Shown: piece after piece, positions 27,814 through 36,400 of the stretch
Layout: each line of letters opens with the position of its first letter
Numbering within the stretch: the stretch's first letter is position 1
Origin: a virus
Taxonomy: Duplodnaviria > Heunggongvirae > Uroviricota > Caudoviricetes
Reading direction: 5' to 3' (one strand)
Length of the DNA: 64,000 bases
IMG/VR virus record: IMGVR_UViG_3300010882_000010
The notes under the pieces: generated by a model
The model's input: only the letters and a program-made list of their open reading frames with translations
Databases searched by the model: none
Told to the model about the DNA's origin: nothing
Made by a program: the position numbers and the translations under genes

Positions 27814-29034
27814 ATGACAGGAACACAACTATTTGAGAATTTTTTGAATGAAAGATCTTTAAAATCGGATTTCCAAAATATCAAAAATTACAGAGACTAC
27901 CGATATTACAACACCTACTTTTACTTTACCGAGTCTACTGATAAAATTTTTATCATGGATTTTCTAAGTAAAAAAGAAGATGAAATTTTTGGGACAAGTA
28001 ATTTCAATGTAGAAGATTTGCAAATGCACATCGAACAGAAAATACCAAATTTTAATTTCTCTGATGCTTTAATTTTAACTTTCTTAGTTGAACAAGCTTG
28101 TTATGGAGATATTGACCAATTAAAAAATGAAGCAAGAACTAAAGTAGAATTTTTGCAAGAATCTGGTAAAGTCATGACGGTTGAAGACATCTTTAATAAT
28201 CGTGCAAAACTTTTCAAAATTATTGGAGGACGTAAAGGTTCATTTCCAGAATTTTCAAATCTTAAACTAAAAGATATCATTAAAATTTTACCATTATTTG
28301 AGTCCAAACTCATAGAGAAAATTCAAGATCCACGCGAAATGCGAAAATTTACGAAAGCTGATGTTTTGAAAATGTTTAATCCTGCTTATGCTAAGTTTAT
28401 TGTAGACAGTATGGGAAATGGTCCTTATTTTAGGATAGATGGTGAAATGGGCTTTAAACATCAAGATCCTGAATTTGATACAATTGATAAGGAAACAATA
28501 GGAAAGTTTAATGCTAATCCAAATACAGGAAGTTTTAAAGATCCTCAAAATGGAAACAAATCAACTATTGGTCACTATATCGTTAATGGAAAAGATGTTG
28601 TTAGAAAAGAACATGAAAAAGGAGGTGTTACTTATTGGATTAACTACAAAGACAAAGAAAAATTATTAGAATCTAAAGTTTACGAAGCACCTATTGCTTA
28701 TCTTCCAGATAATACTGTTTCTTTTGATATTCGGATTGATTCAACAGTACACTCTGAAGAACGCAAAACTCGTCACAGTACTGAACATCCTATTACAGAT
28801 GAACAAATTGTAGAAGTAATCAAAAAAGCATTAGAACCTATTGCAAAAGATCAACTTACCGGAGAAGATGACCTTGGACAAAAATATCACATCTATGCTC
28901 CTAAATACTATCACCTTAATATCATAGGTCAATTTGGTAGAGATAAAGGAAAGCTTGTTTTTAGAGTAATCACAGTAATGGAAACACCAAAATTTTATCC
29001 ATCTGCAGATGCTAAAACAATTAAAGTAAATTAA
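27814..29034 (+). CDS. Putative internal-head polyprotein with a C-terminal BECR/DUF4258-like domain
   Basis: ATG 27814 gives MTGTQLFENFLNE; internal L/V-x-E pairs (LFE..LIE, LLE..VYE); last domain has HSEER..R and FRVITVM. Confidence 0.5.
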   Translation: MTGTQLFENFLNERSLKSDFQNIKNYRDYRYYNTYFYFTESTDKIFIMDFLSKKEDEIFGTSNFNVEDLQMHIEQKIPNFNFSDALILTFLVEQACYGDIDQLKNEARTKVEFLQESGKVMTVEDIFNNRAKLFKIIGGRKGSFPEFSNLKLKDIIKILPLFESKLIEKIQDPREMRKFTKADVLKMFNPAYAKFIVDSMGNGPYFRIDGEMGFKHQDPEFDTIDKETIGKFNANPNTGSFKDPQNGNKSTIGHYIVNGKDVVRKEHEKGGVTYWINYKDKEKLLESKVYEAPIAYLPDNTVSFDIRIDSTVHSEERKTRHSTEHPITDEQIVEVIKKALEPIAKDQLTGEDDLGQKYHIYAPKYYHLNIIGQFGRDKGKLVFRVITVMETPKFYPSADAKTIKVN

Positions 29035-29051
29035 AATTAAACTACAATATT

Positions 29052-29468
29052 ATGAAAAGCAGAATACAATCATTAAATGAATACACCAATTATGCTCAAG
29101 AAATTACAGGTAGAACTTCTGGTAGTGTAATGATGAGTTCTTTAGATATTGATGGAATGGCACAAAACTTTCAAATGACACCAAAACCTGTTAAAGTAGA
29201 ATTTGTTACCGGAATTATTGATCCCGGGGCTAAATCTTTTGATTTAACTTTAGATCTTACTGATAAAATGGTTTTCGGTGCCACTTGTGCAAATTGGGAT
29301 GATTACAAAGGTTTTGTTTTCTTAGAACAAAAAGCAGGTGGAAGAGCTAAATCTAAAATTCCAGTTAAAGAATTTAGAAAATGGTATGATAGAGATAAGC
29401 TTGTCATCTACAATTTAATGATTTTAATTTGTCAAGAATTTTATCCTAATTGGATATGGACCATTTAA
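29052..29468 (+). CDS. Putative internal head protein
   Basis: N-terminus MKSRIQSLNEY; last gene of the late operon. Confidence 0.5.
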   Translation: MKSRIQSLNEYTNYAQEITGRTSGSVMMSSLDIDGMAQNFQMTPKPVKVEFVTGIIDPGAKSFDLTLDLTDKMVFGATCANWDDYKGFVFLEQKAGGRAKSKIPVKEFRKWYDRDKLVIYNLMILICQEFYPNWIWTI

Positions 29469-29474
29469 AAAGTT

Positions 29475-29500
29475 AAAGACCTCACTTAGAGGTCTTTTTT
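29475..29500. terminator. Bidirectional terminator between convergent genes
   Basis: AAAGACCTC-ACTTA-GAGGTCTTT followed by TTT. Confidence 0.8.
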
Positions 29501-29502
29501 CA

Positions 29503-30648
29503 TTATTTTGCAAACAGATGACTATTTCTCATTTGGTATGGATATTCACACTCTCGATTTTGAAAAGTTATCACATCTTTGTTCATTACAAAACCATTCT
29601 TAATATCATAGGAATTACCTATTGTTGAATTTTCTGTATTCAAACTCACAATATCTTTCAGATATGGTAACAAACTTTTAGAAACTTCACGCGAACTTGC
29701 ATGTTTTAAGTATGAAGGTGAGTGATCACATGCATAATAACTAATTTTTTCATTCACATCAAAAATCGGATTTTCAAAAGTAGTTGGTTTTGCAAAGTAA
29801 AATCCCATTTTTTCATCACAAGAAACGTCTACAATTCCCATACCTCTTTTTAATTTTGCTAATTCCATTGAATTTGCAATAAACATGATAGGTTTGTGAA
29901 CATCTTGCAAGATGCAATTTACTATTAAATCTGTATCTGAAAGGGTGTTAATCAGTTTTACTTTTTTACCATCTTCTGTTGTCCACATCTCACCATTTTC
30001 TTCCCAATAATAATGATAATAACAGTTGGGATTTTTATCAGCAACCAAGTGTGTGGGACGTTGTGTGTAAACATGGATATTTTCATATCCTCTACCAAGT
30101 AAAGCATAGATAGCACCACGAGAAGTCATGCCAAATCCAAATACTACAACTTTTTGACGCTCACCATAAAATCCGTCTAATCCTTTCAGCTGCAAATAAT
30201 GCAATATTGAACAATATCCCGCTAATTCTCGATTACGTGAAAAGATGTAGATTGATTTTTTATTGTTATGATAACCATACATGTTTTCCCATGCCATAAG
30301 AGAAAGCTTTTTATCTATAGCAAGCTGGGCAATCTTTCGTTGCTGTACAGTATGCACCCATCCAGAAAGTGTAGCACCATTTTTCATTTTTTCTAAATCT
30401 TCCGGCATAGGTTTAGTTATCATAACTACGTCTTGTTGTAAAACAGTTTCCCTATCTGCAATTTGTGCTCCTAAATTAATGATTTCTTGATCCAAAACAC
30501 CTACTTCTTTACCATATCCTTTTTCAAAAACTAAATTTTGCAAAATTTCTTTATCAATTTGCTTAATATACTCTGGTAATATTGGTACTCGATGTTCGTT
30601 TTCTTTCGAACTTGTTTTAATTATGCCTGTTTTGTAGTAATAGGTCAT
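29503..30648 (-). CDS. N5-(carboxyethyl)ornithine synthase-like (AlaDh/PNT family) oxidoreductase
   Basis: TSSKENEHRVPI, FEKGYG, GWVHTVQ, Rossmann FGFGMTSRGA, DVSCD..MGF.FAKPTTF and DHSPS motifs. Confidence 0.8.
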   Translation of the reverse strand: MTYYYKTGIIKTSSKENEHRVPILPEYIKQIDKEILQNLVFEKGYGKEVGVLDQEIINLGAQIADRETVLQQDVVMITKPMPEDLEKMKNGATLSGWVHTVQQRKIAQLAIDKKLSLMAWENMYGYHNNKKSIYIFSRNRELAGYCSILHYLQLKGLDGFYGERQKVVVFGFGMTSRGAIYALLGRGYENIHVYTQRPTHLVADKNPNCYYHYYWEENGEMWTTEDGKKVKLINTLSDTDLIVNCILQDVHKPIMFIANSMELAKLKRGMGIVDVSCDEKMGFYFAKPTTFENPIFDVNEKISYYACDHSPSYLKHASSREVSKSLLPYLKDIVSLNTENSTIGNSYDIKNGFVMNKDVITFQNRECEYPYQMRNSHLFAK

Positions 30649-30685
30649 TTTTCTCTATTATTTTAAGTTACTGTTAATCAGTAAA

Positions 30686-31417
30686 TTAGTGGAAAATGTA
30701 GAACCAATCAGGTACATTTTCACTATCTACTCTTTCTAAAATTTTCTCTAATTCATCTTGTCCGTCTTGTTTTATTGAATCTCCATTAATTGTAATACCA
30801 CCAGGAAGATTAAAAGAAAATGTAGTAAGTACTCGCCCCAAACTAATTCTTGCTTGTGCTACACAATATCTTTGAAATGTCCAATCTTCAAACAATGACT
30901 CTTCAGGAATTTTATTGTAAGCTGATATGCAAACAGAATACTTAGGATCTCTTCCGACTATTGTTAAAATCTTAGTATTATGATTAAAATCTGTAGAAAT
31001 TCTGTCAATAAAGAAAGCTTTTGATAAATCCCAATAAGACTCATATGCTGTACGAAGTACCATATCATCAGAACCCCAAGGACTGAGGTAAATTTCTTGT
31101 GCAATCATTTTTTCTGCAGAAAAATCAGCACCAAAATATCCAAGTTTATTGTAACCTTTAATTTCTTTAACTTCATAGACAGAAACAACACAATCTGGGA
31201 GTTTAAGAGTACGACCTTTCTTAAATTCTTTAGATTCAAAGTACTTTCTATCTACTATGTAATAACCTGCCGTTACTGAATATTGATAATCAATGTAAGC
31301 CCAACGTAAAGCTGAGTCAATAATTCTATTGTACTCTTTATCATTAAGAGAATAAGGAAGAACACAACCTGCTGTAATCTCATCTTTTATTAACTGGATA
31401 AATTGATCTCTTGTCAT
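30686..31417 (-). CDS. Neck/head-tail adaptor protein (T4 gp13-like)
   Basis: C-terminal LGRVL...LPGGITING..I...G.DE signature; late promoter. Confidence 0.75.
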   Translation of the reverse strand: MTRDQFIQLIKDEITAGCVLPYSLNDKEYNRIIDSALRWAYIDYQYSVTAGYYIVDRKYFESKEFKKGRTLKLPDCVVSVYEVKEIKGYNKLGYFGADFSAEKMIAQEIYLSPWGSDDMVLRTAYESYWDLSKAFFIDRISTDFNHNTKILTIVGRDPKYSVCISAYNKIPEESLFEDWTFQRYCVAQARISLGRVLTTFSFNLPGGITINGDSIKQDGQDELEKILERVDSENVPDWFYIFH

Positions 31418-31421
31418 TAAG

Positions 31422-31508
31422 ATACTACTTTTTACTATTTATTCCGAATTATTTTGAAGTTAAAATTATTGGTCAAAATAATTCGGAATAAATAGTAAAA
31501 AGTAGTAT
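31422..31508. repeat. Perfect 36-bp inverted repeat carrying back-to-back late promoters
   Basis: 31422-31457 is the exact reverse complement of 31473-31508 (15-nt spacer). Promoters at 31430-31445 (-) and 31485-31500 (+). Confidence 0.95.
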
Positions 31509-31511
31509 TAG

Positions 31512-33215
31512 ATGAACATCTTTAACAAAACAAGGATAGCTTTTACAGAATTGTACAAAGATGCAACTCTGTTTTTACAAAAAGAATTTGAACAAGCCGG
31601 CCAACTTTTTTCAACATCTTCGGCTTTTGGACAACTTTTGCAAGTTATTCTATCATTAGGAAACTTAATTTTTTACTACATAGAAGACTCAATTTCTGAA
31701 CTTAATATTGGAACAGCTACAAGAACTAATAGTATTCAGGGTCTTGCTCGTATTACAGGACATAATCCTATGCGTTCTTCTTCGGCAACAGGTAATGTTA
31801 AAATTACTTACAATGGCGAAAATATTGACATGTATGGAAATACTGCAATAATTCCAAATTTTACCAAAATTAAGTGTAAAGAAAATTCTCTTCCATATCT
31901 TATCATTTTACCAAATGAAGAGTTACGTTTAATACTTACACCATTAAATTCAGCAATAGTTAAAATCGTTCAAGGTGAGTTTGAAATTCAAAAAGCAACA
32001 GGAACTGGTACTAAATTACAATCATACAGTTTTGTTCCTAAAAAAGGTAGAGGTATTGAAAACAAGTTAGTTAAAGTTTTTGTGAACAGTGAAGAGTGGA
32101 AAATCTATGATAGTATTATGGATATTCCATATCAAGTACAAGGTTGTGTAGTAAAGACAGGATACACAGAAGGGATAGATGTTTGGTTTGGAAATGGTTA
32201 CAAAGGTGCCATACCTCCCAATGGCTCGGAAATTCGTATTGAGTATGTTCTCAGTGGCGGGACAGATGGCAATATCCGTATGACTGATAATGTTTCTTGG
32301 ACTTTTGATGACTTAGGTTTTGATGTGATAGGTAATGAAATTCCTCTTTCAGAAATTTTTGATATTACTACAGAAACTAACATTTCATTCGGCTCAGATA
32401 CAGAACCACTATATCTTACAAAGCTTTTAACACCAATAACATCACGTAACTTTGTTCTTGCAAATACTGTTAATTACATCTACTTTCTTGAAAAATTCAA
32501 CTATTTTTCATACATTGATGCTTTTACTACTTTTGAAGATGATGATACTTCAGATGACAATGTAATCTATCTCTTCTTAGTTCCTGATGTAAACAAAAGA
32601 ATTAAAAGTAATGAAAATTATTTTACAGTTCCGATAAACAGTTTTTTCCTTAGTGAAGATGAGAAAAACAATGTTTATAGTGTAATAGAAGAGTCCGGAC
32701 AAAAAATAGTGACAACAGTTTGTAAAATTATTGATCCGATAATTAAACGTTACATTGTTAATATTGCACTTGTAATTTTTGAAGATTTTAGCAAAGATGT
32801 AATTCGTCAAAATATTGAAACAAAATTGTCTGAATACTTTTTGAAAAACAGACGTAGAGATTTAATACCAAAATCGGATTTGATTGCGATAATTGAAGGT
32901 ATTGAAGGTGTTGATAGTGTAAATCTTTGGTTTACAGGTGAAGAAAATGAAAAACAATGGAGAAATGCAATAGAAGGAGAATTTGAAGATGAGATAACAG
33001 AAGATATTGGTATTGATAATTTTGGAGATATTACAATAGAAAGAGATGAATTGATACTTTTAAGGGGTGGGTGGTTTGATAGAAACGGAATTTGGATAGA
33101 AGACGGATTAGATCCGGAAAAACCTGGTAGTATTAACATTTCATACCAAAGAATAACACCTAAAACATACAATGCAAAAGTAAACAAAGATGTAATTAAA
33201 AAGATTAAAAAGTAA
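31512..33215 (+). CDS. Baseplate wedge protein (T4 gp6/BplJ-like)
   Basis: LARITGHNPMR.SSA, VWFGNG..G.IP and IEY..SGG..GN motifs. Confidence 0.85.
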   Translation: MNIFNKTRIAFTELYKDATLFLQKEFEQAGQLFSTSSAFGQLLQVILSLGNLIFYYIEDSISELNIGTATRTNSIQGLARITGHNPMRSSSATGNVKITYNGENIDMYGNTAIIPNFTKIKCKENSLPYLIILPNEELRLILTPLNSAIVKIVQGEFEIQKATGTGTKLQSYSFVPKKGRGIENKLVKVFVNSEEWKIYDSIMDIPYQVQGCVVKTGYTEGIDVWFGNGYKGAIPPNGSEIRIEYVLSGGTDGNIRMTDNVSWTFDDLGFDVIGNEIPLSEIFDITTETNISFGSDTEPLYLTKLLTPITSRNFVLANTVNYIYFLEKFNYFSYIDAFTTFEDDDTSDDNVIYLFLVPDVNKRIKSNENYFTVPINSFFLSEDEKNNVYSVIEESGQKIVTTVCKIIDPIIKRYIVNIALVIFEDFSKDVIRQNIETKLSEYFLKNRRRDLIPKSDLIAIIEGIEGVDSVNLWFTGEENEKQWRNAIEGEFEDEITEDIGIDNFGDITIERDELILLRGGWFDRNGIWIEDGLDPEKPGSINISYQRITPKTYNAKVNKDVIKKIKK

Positions 33216-33217
33216 AG

Positions 33218-33484
33218 ATGGGACGTGAAAATAATGCACACTTAAACAGAGAAAGTTATTATGATATAGCAGAATCTGTTTGGGATGATTACAAAAATCT
33301 TGGATATCAGTACAAAGGAATGATTTTCAGAAATTCCATATCTTCACTTTTTTATAGTGATAAAAGAAAAGTTAGAATAATAGATGAACTTGAAAAGATG
33401 ATTTATCATTTACTAGAACATGTTAAAATGATAAAGAAGTTTAGAAATTTTGCCATAAAGAAAAACAGCCATAGAATTAACTAA
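33218..33484 (+). CDS. Small baseplate-associated protein
   Basis: 88 aa, coupled between gp6- and gp7-like genes. Confidence 0.6.
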   Translation: MGRENNAHLNRESYYDIAESVWDDYKNLGYQYKGMIFRNSISSLFYSDKRKVRIIDELEKMIYHLLEHVKMIKKFRNFAIKKNSHRIN

Positions 33485-36400
33485 TGATATTATTTCACAA
33501 TTTAGAGTTTTTTAACAAAAGTGGTAACAATTTAAATCTTGAAAAAGCTTTTAATGTTACAGTTACAGTAGAAGATATTGTAAAACCGGAACATGTTATC
33601 AAAGATAATAGTGGTTACAATCCATATCCTACTTTAGGTGATTTAGAAATGATAACAGGAAATCTAGGAGATGTTTACACTACTAATGATGGTGTGATTT
33701 TTGTATGGAAAGATGGAAGATGGCAAAGTAGTGAATTTGGTGCTAATTATGGTGAAGGTGCTGAAGTTGAAGTTGTGATAAATCTTGAAAATCAAATAGA
33801 GACTTTTGCAATATTAAAACAGGGTAAAAATTACACACCAAGAACTTTAATTACAATTAAAGATGTTAAGATAGGAACGGATTTTGAAATCTTTGGTGAA
33901 AATTTTGTAATACGAGACAGTGATGGAAAAATTGAAAGTATTTTTAGCCCCACAAGAGCAACAGGATTTACTTTTCCAGCAATGTACTACAAAGGTGAAA
34001 TATTTTTCAAAAAATTATCAACAGGACTAATTGAAACAGAACACATCTATGTTACAGAGCGCGTTAAATCTTCTGTAGATGGTAGTCTTATGCTGGTTTA
34101 TCCAAGATATGGAATTTTTGAAAATGGTAGTAAAATTGATAATATTGTAATTAATTTAGAAGATGGAGATCAAGAAATTTTTCCGTTTACTATTGATAAA
34201 AGCGGAGAATATCCTCAAATTAAAAAAGAATTTGATGATGAATTTTATTATTCTGAACCATTAGCTGAAGGATGGACAAATGGTGATTGGATTTGGGATA
34301 GAGAACCGGATCCATTAGTAGAAGGAGATTGGGGTGAAGGACACTATGAACAGATTAATGATGTTTTTGATTACAGTTTGACAAGAATTTTACCTCCTAT
34401 GAACAATACAGTAATGCAATTGAACATCGGAGCAAGTTCTAATGAAGAAGGAATTTTTGAGAATACTTTGAAATTACAAATTCATGATAAAGATGAAAAT
34501 GGTAAACCATTTCTTTACACTTTTGCAGAAATTTTAATGAGAGCTGAAATTGAAGGTGAAGATGAACGCTTTAGATTAGCTTTAGAAACTTTTGGATTTT
34601 CACTTAGTCAACAAGATGCTATTATGTTAAGAGAAGCTGATATTAAAGAACACTTGCCTGACTTTCTCATGATTAATGAGAAACGTAAGGAAATGTTACT
34701 TGAATACAGCAATATCTTCCCATATATCGGTAGTTACAAAGCATTGGTTAATATCCTTAAGTATTTTGATTACAATGATTTGCGAATTAAAGAGTACTGG
34801 CTTAATGTTGAGATGGTGAATAGAGATGATAAGAGAAAAAGTTTTAGAAAAGGTGAAAAACTAAAATCTAGAATTTCAGAACCTGTACCATCTAGAATTG
34901 AAGAAATTGAAACAGAAGAAAAAATTGAAAATCTTGTTAAAATTCACAAAGCACCGTTAATTTCAAAAGAATCTGAAAAGAAAGGAAAAAGGTCTAAATT
35001 CAATAATAATCAAGATTTTGAAAAAGATGAAGAACAAGTTGTAGAGGAAGAAAAAAGACGCAAACATTTTCCAAAAGCTATTGAAATTGGAGATATGATT
35101 AAGTTCTGGGATAAGTACAACTATATCCCTAATACTTATGGCAAGAATAATCGTAAATTGTTAAAATTCAATGAGAAATACTACAAACAAGTTGATATTC
35201 CATTTGAATTAAAAGGAAAAGGAAGGAATTGGAAAGATGAAGATTTTTTACCGTCTGAGATTTGGAAAAAAACGAGTCTTTTCAGTTTACATTATGATAT
35301 CAACAAACCAAGTGGAAAAACAGACCAATGGGGAATTCCAGAAGTAATTGATAATTTCATGTTTTCAGAAGAAGAAGCCTTGATTAAACTTTTCATGTTA
35401 AAACGTTACCTTAAAGAAAAGTTTCTTCCATTACATGCTAGAATTATTGATATTACAGGTGAAGGAATTTACTTTGCTAGATATGCTATCAGTACATGGA
35501 AAGATGATACTGATACTCTATATGTTGATAAAGAATTTCAGCCAGATTTCAAAGTTAAATCAAGTTACTTAATTGAAGACTTGCAAAATTATGGGGAAAA
35601 AGTTAGAGAAACTTTACCAGAACTTGCAAATGAACCACTCTTAGAATACTTGCAAAATGCACTTTTTAAATTTACCAATACTAAAAGTACTCCTCATAAT
35701 GATATCGGTCCTATTGGTTGTATTCTACATCTTGATTGTGATACTTTTGATGTAAGTTGGAAAGACATGAATTTAACTTGGGATGATCTCATGATTTTCA
35801 CAAGTATTCAGTTTGATATTACAATGGTAAAACCTAAATCAATCTTAAGATTTGATGATTGGTTTACCGGAGAACTTTCAGAATTTCAGTTTACTAAGGA
35901 TATTCCAAAGATAATAGAACCAGAACATCCAGAAGAAATGAGTGAAACAGAACTCTTTGACTGGTATAATCCACAATACAAAGACATGTTTGTAGCAGTA
36001 TATGAAGAGTTGTTAAGAGCAAGTGTTGTTCCCGATGAAGATACTTTAAATAGTTATTATGATCCTATTATTTCTTCATTTAATTACATTGATCCAATTC
36101 CAAGAGATATCCATGGAGTTGAAATTCTAGGAGCTTTTGATTACAGAACAGCGAAAATTATTGCTTATTCTAATGAAATTAATCCAAGAACCGTTTCAGT
36201 ACAATTCATCAATGGTGCACAAGGAATTTTTAAACCTTGTCCAAATCAAGGGATAAACACTTGGGAAACAATAGGTCAACATGAATTTTACGAACTTGAA
36301 TGGACTGTTACACACATGGATTCTTCTAAATTTTCAATGAAAATTAGAGACAATATCATATCAGGAAAAAACAAAACATTCACAGTTCCATTTTCGGGAA

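Noticed and set aside
30657-30685. Possible early-type promoter on the minus strand before the CEOS-like gene
   Set aside because: Only a partial match (TTTACTGAT-N13-AAATAAT); too degenerate to call in AT-rich DNA.
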